From Salpingoeca rosetta (Eukaryota; Protista; Choanoflagellata), in contig JAWQFM010000001.1 in the NCBI GenBank assembly GCA_033442325.1, forward strand, positions 1,734,138 to 1,798,137: a stretch of 64,000 bases of DNA. The letters run 5' to 3'. Shown here one piece after another: positions 39,636-64,000 of this stretch (positions are counted from its first letter, which is position 1; each line of letters opens with the position of its first letter). Below the pieces are notes generated by a model. That model searched no databases. It worked only from the letters and a program-made list of their open reading frames with translations, and was not told the DNA's origin. The translations under genes were made by a program, and so were the position numbers.

Positions 39636-41060
39636 CGAATAGACAGTCCATGAGGTCGCTTGTACCGTTGATAACACGCGAGCGCCGAGTGCAGGTCTCC
39701 TTGCTCAAACTTGGCTCTTCCTTGAGTGCGTTTCTTTGTGCTGTGTCCAGCAAACAAAGCAGAGTGGTGACACGGCGGGTGTCTGTGAGCTGCAAAGTGG
39801 GACGTGCGTACGCGCGTGTTTCCAGCTGCGCATCCATGCACACAGCCCACTCACCCACTCACTCACTCACTCACTCACTCACTCACTCACTCACTCACTC
39901 ACTCACTCACTCACTCACTTACTCACTCACTCACTCACTCACTCACTCACTCACTCACTCACTCACTCACAATGGTGACCAACTCACGCAAACTCGATGC
40001 GCTGCTCAGTGGTCATGAGATCATCTGGGGTTGTCTCCTCGAAGGAATGCAGTTGGATATCAAACACAATCTCCGGCTCATCGCCCAAGTCTTCCTTGTC
40101 AAAGCTGTGGGCAAGAGCAAGTACAGGGTCCGACCATATTCTCTGAGACGTGTAATCACATCAGGGCAAGAAAGGACAAGATAGGAAATGGCAGCACACA
40201 TTCGCAAGCAGACACATATGCGCGAAGCTCACATGCCTGCACACACAATCACCACACACCCTCTCACTACATTGTCGTCACCTGACAAAGCGTTTCTCCG
40301 TCTTGATGAGTGCATGCTCGCCCTTGACCATCAATGGCACTGCAATGTCCCAGGCTGTCAACAGGGGCAGGTGCGATTTCAGGGAGCACATGCGACAACA
40401 AGCACAGGGCAACTTCGTGAGACAAAACCGGGCTGTGCCAGCTCCACATGTGTGCGCGTGTAAGTGTAAGTGTGCGTGTGCGCATATGTCAGTGTGAAAG
40501 TCAGTGTTGTACGTGCGGGCGTGCGTACACCTGTGTGTCGTTCTCCTTCGCCAATCTGGAACTGCGTGCGCTCCTCTTCCATGAGGTTCTTGTCATTCAC
40601 GGTACAAGACACCGTGATATCCGCAATGCATCCGCGCATGGGCCGCACCCCATCGGCATCGCCGGCAGCCAACACCTGTGCACGTACACGTGTGTGTGTG
40701 TGTGCATGTGAGCATGTGAGCATGTGAGCATGAAATTGTGCATGTGCGCGTGTGTGCAGGTACACATCTGGCGTGGTGTTGTTCGAATGCAAACCATACA
40801 AGAGCCTCATAAGCACAACAAAGACACTGTCTTGGGCAAACACCTCCTTCTACACATGCGCGCACACACACGCACACACACGCACACACGCACACGCACA
40901 CGCACACGCACACACGCACACGCAAACGGTGTATGATACAGCACCCTACCTTCTTCAGCAGGGCGCCTGTGCCCAGGATGTCCTCCCATTCTCCGTCATC
41001 GCCGCCACTACCATCGCCCACCTCAGCCACATCAACCACCTTGTCTTGATCGCTCGTCAT
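38118..41060 (-). CDS. FKBP8: FKBP38-like (FKBP domain, TPRs, C-terminal tail anchor)
   Basis: [37 protein letters not shown]; [32 protein letters not shown]; MYKRMMG; [21 protein letters not shown]. Confidence 0.82.
39091..39196 (+). repeat. 20-bp minisatellite (ATGCACACGCAGTCACACGC) x ~5 in an FKBP8 intron
   Basis: Seen directly. Confidence 0.85.
39848..39970 (+). repeat. (TCAC)n tetranucleotide repeat in an FKBP8 intron
   Basis: Seen directly. Confidence 0.9.
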
Positions 41061-41148
41061 CTTTGTTGCTTCCTTGCCGAAAGTTGTTGGAAATGCCAGC
41101 GCAATTTCTACAATCGAGGTGAAACAACAACAGCCACAACAACGGGCA

Positions 41149-53826
<12,678 letters not shown>

Positions 53827-53877
53827 CATGTGAGGCGAGGTGCGGGTTCCGTTCATGTCCGGTTTTGTGTTGAAGAT

Positions 53878-54031
53878 TTCGAAAATGGCGGGGAGAGCGT
53901 GCTTGGGCCCGTTGCATATAGCTGGGCTACGTGCTGTGGAACAATCGCAATGTCGCCCATAGCTTTTCGTCGGCCGTTACGGCACCGCCGCCAGTTTTTC
54001 AAACAAAAATAAAAAATTTTACTGGCGAAAA
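53878..54031 (+). promoter_or_regulatory. Candidate E2F/CHR-like cell-cycle promoter elements upstream of cyclin A
   Basis: TTCGAA 53878-53883 next to TGGCGGGA 53886-53893; CCGCCGCC 53985-53992 next to TTCAAA (TTTGAA reverse) 53998-54003; TGGCGAAAA 54023-54031. Confidence 0.35.
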
Positions 54032-54680
54032 ACAGACGCCCCAACGCTTGTTTCCGCACACACTTCTCACCTCGCACTGGCAGTTGCGGGGGAAAGGCAG
54101 GCACAACGACCAGCACAAGCACAAGACAGCCAGCCAACTCTAGCAGCACCACACACACTCATACACACACACACACACATACACATACACACGCGACTTG
54201 CTCTTGCTTCTTCATATCATCTCGAGGAGGGAGCACCAAGGCAAACCACCCAAGCGTGTGTGCGTGCGCGTGTGTGCGGTCGAGCGTCCGACGCCGTGTG
54301 CGTGTGAGTGCGAGCTTGTACGTTTTCAGCTAACGGAGGGGAGCAGTCGACTCAAGAAACAAGAGCACAAACGCACAAGCTAGCGCAAGCAAGCAAGCAC
54401 CGACCGACGACCGAGGCCGACTTTCCATCGCACCAACAAGACTCAACCGCAACGACATCAGGTCTCTCCTTGGCGTGAGGCAACCAAGCTTCAAGAAGAA
54501 CATCAACCACCTGCTGCTGCAGAAGATCGTCGCTCCCCAGCGTCTCTGGACCAAGCAACTACCATTTGTTGCCGCATCAACTCAAACTCGAGGTATGTGT
54601 CGTCCCTATGAACATTTGCGTTTGCCCACCATTTATGAGCACAGGCATCAACCTTTCTGTACACGACGACGACGATGATG

Positions 54681-54712
<32 letters not shown>

Positions 54713-55009
54713 GCCTGCTATTCGTGACCTGCTTCATGCATCCATAGATTGCACCGTGCCCCATCACCGTGTATTGTGACCGTTCATGTCGTGGTGTGGC
54801 CTTCTTTTTCTTTTTCCCCCCTTCGACACCGCCGTTCGCCTGCACTGCAACTCCCTCAATCACACACACGAACCCCGCTCACCCGCATGCAGCCATACTC
54901 ACGCCTTCTCTCCCCCTCTACCCTTCTCCTCTGCTCGTCCGATATGCGATGCAGGTGACTTTGTTGCATTACTACTCCCTGAAGCGCCACACCAACCACA
55001 AAGCCAACC

Positions 55010-58005
55010 ATGAACCCACACCAGCCGGCCGACCTGGCAACCTCGGAGCCTGCCCCCACGCGTCAGCCTGGCGGCTCCAAGCGCCTGCACGATGAAAGAG
55101 CAGATGGACAAAAACTCAAGCGAAGCGCCTTGCAGGACATGACCAACAGCACCACATCAGGACAGGTGCGGCACTTGACTTGGTCTGCACGTGCATGCGG
55201 TATTTTGCTTTCTGGCTATCGTATCTGTTGAACTGTACGCTTCCACTGTGTCGAGAGATCCGTGATCAGGTGTATGCGCGAGCATGCCCCACCATGAGGT
55301 CCCTCACCCGTCTTTTTTTTTTTTTTGTTTGTTTGTTTTTGAGTTCACACGCTCCGTACTACTGCCTTTCTTGCCTTTTGCTGTGATGGCTTGCCTCCGC
55401 TCAACCTCTTTGCTCACATACACATACACATGCACACACACATACACATACGCGCATGCACATACACATGCGAACCATGATATCCATTGCGTCATTGCAG
55501 ACGGCATCGCGAATGGCAGGCGCAACCTTCACACGAAGGACCCACATCCAGCCAGACACGACGGGTCTGCCCGAGCTTGCCGCCCGCCGCGAACGGGAGG
55601 AGAGGCAACAGTCGCGTCCAGCCACAACTGCGGCCACTGCCATGCCAGACCTGCGCGTGCAGCAAGACGATCAGACCCTGCCGCCTCGCCAGCCCACCCA
55701 GCACATGACCAGGCACCCCGTTGCTTTCGCTCGACAGGACGTGCGGCCAACGCCTGCGCTCACCCACTTCCACCCTCCCTCTCAGACGACGACGACAACG
55801 ACGACAGCACTTCCTGCGGCAACGCGTCTGAGCAGAGGTTCCTCGGCCGCTTTCACTCAAGCACGCCAGCACCAGCAGCAACAGCCTCTTCCACAGGGTC
55901 CTGCGTATGATCGAGCTTACTCGCACCCTTCTGTTGCGACCGCGTCCACCTGCGCCCCCGCCACAACAGCTGTGGTCCCTCCAGTCTCGATGCCAGTGCC
56001 CGTCTCACGCACAACTTCGTCCTCATCCACTTCTTCCTCTTCCTCGTCGACCACACTTGCTTCCACCTCTGCATCACTTAGTGCTGCCCCCTCCACGACT
56101 GCCGTTATGCCCAACCATCAGCACCACACAAGTACAAGCGTTGCTTCGGTCGTGCCACAGCAGCAGGGACTGACTCCACTCCCGGCCCTGCTTGGCAGTG
56201 CAGATTTTGTTGACATTGATCGCCCGTACGCGCATGACGAGGGCCGTGTTACCGAATATGTCGAGAAAGTTATGACTTACCTGCGTCATCTGGAGGTGCG
56301 TTGTTGGCTGCACATGCACATGTGCCAAAAAAAAAAAACAGGGGGGGGGTTCAGTCTGAAGCGGTTGTGTTGCGTTTCATTGATTTGTTGTTTATCTTCT
56401 TAGCTGGTGTTTCATCTTTGCTTGAGCTGTCTTGCGTATGCGCGCTGCGTGTGGGTGCTGTTGTGCTCACTTCGGTGTTTCGTATTTCTGCTGGTGACCT
56501 CACTCTGCGTGCTGGCGTCGTGCTAACAATGACTCGTGTTGCTGCAAACCCCATTTTTTCTTCTCATTGTGCGCTTGTGTGCATGTCTGTGTGTGAGCAG
56601 AAGAAGTTCCGTCCTCATGCAGGCTACATGGGGCGCCAACGCGACATCAACCACAACATGCGGTCCATCCTGGTTGACTGGCTGGTGGAGGTGACAGAGG
56701 AGTACCGCCTGCAGCTGCAGACGCTCTACATTGCCGTTGGCTACATTGATCGCTTCCTCTCGAACATGGCGGTGCAGCGCAGCAAGCTGCAGCTTGTTGG
56801 CGTCACGTGCATGCTTCTTGCGGCAAAGTACGAGGAGATTTACCCTCCCAGCGTCAACGAGTTTGTGTACATCACAGACAACACGTACCGTCGGGAGCAG
56901 GTGCTGAAGATGGAGCATGTTGTGCTCAAGGTGCTCCGCTTCGACATGGGCGCCTGCACCGCCCTTACGTTTCTTGTGCGCTTCATCCACGCCGCGTCCG
57001 CCACCCCTCCCTCCCACTGTCTCGCCCTGGTATGAGATGCACGACCTGCAAAATGCTTGCTGGCGTATCATGTGTGTGTGTATGTGTGTGCGTGCATGCG
57101 TGCGCGTGTGTGTATTACGCTTGTGTGTGTGTGTGTTGTTGTATGCGTGTGTGTGCAAGTACATGTGTGCTTGCGCGTGGCTGCCTTTCCGTGAAAATGC
57201 TTGCATTTGATGGCTCATTGTCGTTTGCTGTCGTTGTATTCACGTGCACTTCTGCCCGCCAACAACACCCAACTAGTATTTGGCTGAGCTGAGCCTCCTC
57301 CTTGGCAACAAGTTTATTCAGTACCTGCCGTCGGTGAAGGCAGCCGCCGCCATTTGCCTCAGCCAGCATACGTTCGCCCGCCCCGTTTGGGTGAGTAATG
57401 CTGTGCTTGACGCGTGCGATGCTGAGTGTGTGCCGGAAGCGTGTGCTTGTTGTTGATGTGCTCTGTCGCTTCGTGTACCTCACGCGTGCTGCGGGTTGCT
57501 GTGCATATATTGGCTCGGGCACTCACTTGCTTGGTGCTTGCGCTCTGGGTTGGTGCGTGTGCAGACCCCGACCTTTGAGCGCTATTGCCGCCTGTCGCCC
57601 GAGGAGGTGCAGCCATGCCTGAACGATATGTTTGAGGCAATGACGTCTGCTCCTCACCTTGAGTACCAGGCTATTCGTGAAAAGTACATGGAGCGCCGCT
57701 TCCACTCGGTTGCCGGCATTGCGGTGAGTCAACCCACTCGTATGCTTGGCACCTCGGTCCGCCTGCCCCTGTGTCTTGTCTGTGGTTGGCCCGCACACGC
57801 AATCTGTTTGGTCTCGAACCATTCCTGTCCCCTTGCTTTGCCTTTTTCTTGGCATGTTGTGGTTGGCTTTGTGTGTGGAGGTTGCCATTCCGTGTCGATT
57901 GCGCTCACATCACAGCACGCTTTCGTTGATTTTTCTTGCAACGTGTGGCAGGCCCCGACTTCCTGCCCTCGCCTCGTGGATCTGCGAGGTGGCAGCCAGG
58001 TGTGA
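55010..58005 (+). CDS. CCNA: Cyclin A
   Basis: D-box RSALQDMTN; cyclin box [57 protein letters not shown]; YLAELSLL; QAIREKY. A 5'UTR intron is likely at ~54592-54954. Confidence 0.93.
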
Positions 58006-59187
58006 GCACGCTGTTGCCTGGTGCCTCGGGGTGCCGGACAAGTTCGCTTTTTTGAATATTTTCGCGCTGATCGACCTCCCTTGTTGAAGTGTTCGCATCG
58101 GTGGACTAATGCCCTGGTATGGATCACCGAGGTGGCTCTTCAACTGCTTTGTCGTCTGCTTCCTCCCTTGCTTTGTTGGTTCTTTGCCTTCATGGTTAAA
58201 CGCCTCCTCCCTCTTCTCTCTTTCCTTCCTCCCCCCCCCCCTCCGTTCCTTGGTTGTACGCCGTTGCCACCCTTTTGCAGTGGTGGGATGGTGATGGGCC
58301 TTGGGTCTCATGATGTCACACACATACATGAGTGGCATTCCCTGGCCCTTCAGGCCTTCTTTATTTTGTTGCCCCTCTTTTTCCTTTTCCTTTTCCTTTC
58401 CCTCTCCCTTTTCCCTTTTCCTTTCTTTCTTTGTGCCTTTCCCCTCCTCGCATGCATGTTCCTCTTGTGGCTCTTCGCTACGGGCTTGTATTTCTGTGCT
58501 TCGTTTAATGGGCGTGTAGTATGTGGCTGTGTATTGTGTGCTGGATGGTTAGCTGTGTCGGGGATGTGTCACGTTTGCGTTGGTTATCCCTGACACCGAT
58601 TGGTTGATTACTCGTCTCTCCTTCGCCCGTTGGGTTGCTTGTTCATGTTTCTTACTCGTGTCGCTGCTTATCATCGTTCCTGCTGTTGCGCCTCTTTGTA
58701 CTGCTTGGTTGATAACACAAATAAACATCTCTCCTCTTGTTTCAAGCTGACGATATCCGCGGTGTGGTCTCGGAGAACAGTGGGGTATTCATCATCTTCT
58801 TACTCCCCTGCGAAGACGTGCATGCTCTCCTTTTTACGCTTCATGTTCACGCATCGCTGTGCGCGGTCATGTCCATTTCACCGTCTACCCTGTCCCGTAT
58901 GGAGGGGGGGGGGGGTGACGTGCAACCCGGCGAGCTACGTGCCGGGGTAAAGTAGAGTGCGAGCGTGGAACAGCTGCGAATGCTGTTCAAGACTGCATAC
59001 TGTGCAGCGTGCCCCGGCCAGAGGGTGTCGTCTTGCGCGCGCTTATGTGGCGTGAATCAACCGTCACCGACGGTTGCTCTGTTGTCCTTACCTTCCTTCC
59101 TGTTATAGTGTTATCCTCTTCCCTTTTCTGCCCTTGCAGACGACGTTTGCTGTTCACTCTTCACCCCGATGACAGGACTTATTGTTT

Positions 59188-59248
<61 letters not shown>

Positions 59249-59752
59249 GTGTGTCCGTGTTTGTGGTTTTATCACGCGCCGTCTCGACATTGCATGAGAG
59301 TGACGTCACGCGCACACAATGCTGGCAACGACTGCACCGCATAACTGCTTAATGAAATGTCCGGTCTTGTTGTTGTTGTTGTTGCGTGGCGTCGTTGCAC
59401 GCTGCGGTTTGGCGCCCCCCCGTTGTACCAAGGGATGGCGGGAATTGTCTACGCTGCATGCGTGCATGCACGCTTGTGCCGCTCTGTGCGGGTATTCGCT
59501 TCAGCCGCCGGCTTCTGGAAGCGATTGATTGTTTGCACGCGTCGTCGTGTGTGCTTCATTTCTCGCTCGAAGGTGTGCTGCATGTAGTTCACCCTGCCAC
59601 GCGCCCCATCTATCTTGTTTGGTGGGCAGCGGTGCTGTCTTGCAGCCCTGCATCAGCGTATGTCTGTCTGTGCACGTGTGCCATCCTTGCGTATTTGCTC
59701 TTCGGCTCATGGCCCAATCCACTTGCACGGCGACATGCGCACGCACACACGT

Positions 59753-59894
<142 letters not shown>

Positions 59895-59974
59895 TACGAA
59901 CGGACCCCCACTGTCTTCTTGAGCAGGATCACGTGCCTACTTGCCCACGTGCCAACTTGTAGCAGCATCGCGCC

Positions 59975-60721
59975 ATGGACAACGCGCTTCCCGGACCGAA
60001 TGCCCGTTCGTTGCTGGCCAAGCTGGTAGACTGGCTGCGGGCGTTTGAAGAGCAAGAGGAACGGCATCGCGTCCTTTGGCGTGACGCCGCCACGGTTGCT
60101 CGCCTGACGCTGGTGAACGATGCCATCATGGCTATTCGAACGCGCCAGTCTGCTGGGCGCATCCAGCGGTTGGTCGGCGAGCTGCAGCTGTGCGCCTGGT
60201 GCGCAGCACCTCTAGCCAGCTGTGACAACTGCCAGCGGCAGCGCCTGCCAGGATCCCACGAAGACGATGCCGACGAGCTATCGCGCTATCGTCGCTTTCG
60301 CCTCCCTGCCATCCGCATCACGCGTGCCTGCCCGCATGACAACGAGCCCCGGCCACAGCCACCAACGCCAGCCGCGACAGGTACGTTTGCTTGTGTGTGT
60401 TGTGCACCTGGGCCTGCTTGAACACGGTTGCTTTCTTTGTGTGGGCGTGCACGTGTCTGTGTTTTGCTCGTCAATTCTCCTTGCATGCATGCATGCATGC
60501 ATGCATGCATGCATGCAAGGAGACAGTAGCTTGAGGCGAGAAGGTTGGGCAGGTTGGAAGGAGGATAGGAGGATGCTTGTCTTCCCATGTTAATGCGACA
60601 GCCAGTGTGACGCTGTGACATTGACGCGAGTTATTCGCATCATCGACTTCACGCTTGTGCGTCGTCCTGTCCTGTATTTGAAATCTCATGTTTAGGTGGC
60701 AAGGGCCAGCAGCAACGCTGA
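59975..60721 (+). CDS. Hypothetical protein with CxxC-x6-CxxC motif
   Basis: Non-repetitive coding-like ORF from a gccATGg start; donor ACAG|gtacgt at ~60380; possible short last exon GGKGQQQR* at ~60695-60721. Confidence 0.35.
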
Positions 60722-61210
60722 TCACCGACTGCAGCGTGCACACGCGCAAGCAGCACAACTGCATGCGAATTCTAATTGCTGTTGGTTTGTTGCATCTTCT
60801 GATCTTTGCGTTGTCGTTCACCTGTGCAAGTACAGTCTGTTCACTGTCAAGTGTTGTGCTCGTGCCATCGGTCGGGTTTCCGACCTGGCTGCTTCCACTG
60901 TTGAACGAACGTCTGAACGTACCACCTCCAATTTGCACGCAAGTAGTGTGAGTAGCCTGGCAGTGCAAGAAGTGATGTCATTTACGTTACAATGTCAACA
61001 AATCGCGTGCGTTTGGAAGACTCCTTCCTGGGATAAGCACAAAATTAGCCATTGGGGAACGAAAAATGCACCCGCGAACAAAAGTGCACCCCAGAACGCA
61101 GCCAGAGAGGAAGGAGCTGACTTGAAGGCTATGAGTGTCAAGCACAGTGTTGTGCATCATCCCTCGCCGTAACGTAAACTGCCATCATTGAATTTGTCGA
61201 ACCATGCGGG

Positions 61211-61859
61211 ATGATGTCCGCTGGGGAAAGAGCCTTCTGTATCCAAGAGACCGGCCTCCGCGCTGCATATGAAGCCTTAAAGGTGGGCAAGACACTCACA
61301 TTTGAGCACTTGAGCTTCCAGCTGGCCCGAATCGCAGTCCACAAGGGCCAACACCACAAGGTAGTGTTGTGACTTAACCTTCAAACTAGACGCGATGTTC
61401 CTACCCGTGTATGCGCACGTTCACACGCACGCACGTCTGCACGTGCTTGCCGCGTGCATTCTTGGCACATCAGCGACCGAGCTCACGTTCGAAGTGACTT
61501 CTCCCTTGCATTGTTCTTGTGTTACGCGTCGTCAGGTGAAGAAGAAGAATCACAAGCGGTTTCAAGTCGTGTGTTGCAAGCGTGGATGCGAATACAGAGT
61601 GTACACGGTGATCCAATCCGACGCCACCCCTTGCCTATATCGAGTGACACAGGTTCAAAAGCACACATGTGCCGTGACCGAGAAGACTGTCAAGCCGAAG
61701 GTGCTTGCAGCATACGACGCCAGCATCATGGGCACGGCGAAGGTAAAGGTTGCGGCTGTCAAGAAAAGATACGGCATCAGCGTCACGGTGCGGCAGATGC
61801 AGTTGTACGCCAGTCACCTGAACAGGATGGCACTTCCAACACCACAAAAAGTAGCGGAT
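61211..61859 (+). mobile_element. Mutator (MuDR)-type transposase N-terminal zinc-finger DNA-binding domain; no catalytic DDE domain
   Basis: Exon 61211-61360 spliced (phase 0) to 61536: LKVGKTL..LARIAVHKGQHHK|VKKKNHKRFQVVCCKRGCEYRVY..YRVTQVQKHTC..VKKRYGISVT, the MuDR pattern vG..F..vkks..r..C-x4-C..HtC. Confidence 0.65.
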
Positions 61860-62093
61860 ATGGCGGACACTGGACGGCGGAGCAGCGCTGCTGAGGCTGG
61901 CAATGATGACGCTTCTGACGCTTGCCATAGCAGCGGACCCGCACCAGCACAAGCACAAGAACAGGCCGACGAAGAGCTGGTGCGTCCAACAAACCATGTA
62001 CACAACTGATAATACAACCTGGAGCAAACAGACGGTGAACGCGGCATTTTCAGGTCGTTCACACATCTCACCCTCGTTGTGTACGCCCACAAT

Positions 62094-62159
<66 letters not shown>

Positions 62160-62501
62160 CACACACACACAACGCACGATACCTGGCATTGCTTCCGTAT
62201 GAAGGCGCACTTCCGTCGAGTGCAACAGGCCTTCTCGTTCTATGAGGACCATGCCATGGCGAGGCTGTCGCGTGCGCTGACGGCCTTCCACCGACTTCCG
62301 CAGCACCACCAAGACATGCTGCCCAAATTCTCTTCAGACATGCGGCGCCTGCGAGAAGCCATCGCGCACAATGCTGCATTTGTCGCTCAAATCACCAGCG
62401 GTCTGGACTTTCTCGAAATGGTACGAAGCATGCAGTGGGCATACATGTGTGTCTGCATGCGCGTGTGTGTGTTTATATTTCAAGCACAGGTGCGTCCATC
62501 C

Positions 62502-62536
<35 letters not shown>

Positions 62537-62733
62537 CAGACAGACACGCAGGCGTACAGACACACTCAGGAACACTGACACACAGACACGCAGACACACA
62601 CGATCGCCTCATGTCCTGTTTTCTACCCGCCTGCCCATTTGCTGCAACAGGCTGATGCCGACACGGATTTACAAGGTGAAGGATCCCGACTCACCAGCGC
62701 CCAAGTGGCATCACGCCCACGCAACCCTGTTCC

Positions 62734-62818
<85 letters not shown>

Positions 62819-64000
62819 CACACAGATGAGGTGCCGACAGAGTTTTTTATGGATAAGGTGTGCACGACCATCAAGCAGTTTTACCGGGACTGGTCTGCAG
62901 AGGTTAGATGGAATGCCACTGTACAGCAAAAGGATGCGTTTGCTGGCACTCAACACAACATCAATATTCATCGCCCCTGGCTCCTGTATGTTCCTACCAA
63001 ACACGAGGAGAAGCGAATCCCCCCCCCCCCATTCACACCCCCTACCCTCCGTGCATTGCACACAACAAGGGACAAGCAGAGCGGCAGCAGTGCTATGGAC
63101 GCATATTGGAGGCCGTGGACCGACTGTTTGCGGAGCGAGATCGGTATGAGACGTGCTCTTGGACATCGTGACTGGCACAACAAAAGCACAAGAGCAACAC
63201 CCAGCAACCACTGCGCAGCTCATGCCAGTACGCGTACGTGTTTTGGGGCGCGGGGATACTTGAACAGGCACGACGTCGCTATCCTCACACCAGGTGCCGG
63301 GCTTGGAAGGTGCGACAATGGGGCTCCGAGCGAGAATGGTGCCCTCTTCATGCGAGTGAAGTGAACAAAGGCGCACGAAAGACGAAACATCATGACGGCG
63401 GCAATATCCGATCACACTGACATCACTGTTATCCTTCTTTTCGCCGCCGCCGCTTCTGTGGCGCTCTGCTTCATGACGCAGGCTGACGTGGGAGTTTGCA
63501 AAGCGCGGTTACAGAAGCCAAGGCAACGAGTGGAGCGCATTCATGCTTTTTGCCTCCAACTTTATCCTCAACAGGTCAGGATGCCTGCAAATGCTTGAGT
63601 CGTGTGTGTGTGCGTCTGTGTGCGTCTGTGTGCGTCTGTGTGTGTTTGTGTTTGTGTGTGTATGTGTGTGTGTATGGAAGGGTTGGTTGGGATTGAAGGA
63701 TCGCACTTGCACCAGCAAGTGTGCCGTCGTCTCTTCCATCTCCCTACCGGGCGATGCACGTCGACATACATGTGCCGACACCTGCACACAGAATTGCACA
63801 CATGCACGTATCCCTGCACAGTTTCAATTGCACATGCACACATGAGCACGATCTCAGCGTGCACGTAACCATCAAGCCACACACCTCCACACACCAGTCC
63901 AAATCCGCCGAAATCCATCACCATCCACCCGTTTGCACACCTGTTCAGCAACGTTACGTCACGCGACGCACAGGTGATGACATCAGCTGCGCCCTACGCT
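61860..64000 (+). CDS. CARNMT1: Carnosine N-methyltransferase (N2227/C9orf41 family), 3' truncated by window
   Basis: EQADEEL|[31 protein letters not shown]; [23 protein letters not shown]; [36 protein letters not shown]; TIHPFAH.FSN. Confidence 0.9.

Noticed and set aside
58950-59070. RanBP2-like zinc finger (CERGTAANAVQDCILCSVPRP)
   Set aside because: Missing the second Cys and Trp, with no convincing start or splice context.
61054-62060. TIR pair around the MuDR fragment (61054 versus ~62040)
   Set aside because: The match is short and gapped, no TSD was seen, and the right copy would fall inside the CARNMT1 intron.

Overview
Intron-rich, GC-rich eukaryotic DNA with dense (GT)n/(CA)n/(GA)n microsatellites in introns. 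The style and gene content suggest a unicellular holozoan, most likely a choanoflagellate such as Salpingoeca (inference). Most ORF-track entries are repeat artefacts, so I rebuilt genes by hand from GT-AG exons. In order: CHD1/2-like 5' end (-), Nopp140/SRP40 (+), TCTEX1D dynein light chain (+), IMP3 (-), syntaxin-6 (+), RPB6 (-), PRP16/DHX38 (+), a selenocysteine glutathione peroxidase with a 3'UTR SECIS (-), a PDZ-VIT1/CCC1 fusion (+), ARHGAP39/Vilse (-), AHA1 (+), BLCAP-like (-), secreted PHB depolymerase (-), FKBP8 (-), an ~11-repeat spectrin-like protein lacking the usual terminal domains (+), cyclin A (+), a small Cys-motif ORF (+), and a MuDR-type zinc-finger exon pair in frame with carnosine N-methyltransferase CARNMT1 (+, runs off the end). 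Best candidates for novelty: the secreted Cys-rich Sec-GPx with an atypical GUGA/bulged SECIS, the PDZ-VIT1 fusion, the MuDR-DBD/CARNMT1 in-frame junction, the head- and tail-less spectrin, and the PHB depolymerase. All homology calls are from motif recognition; no database search was run.
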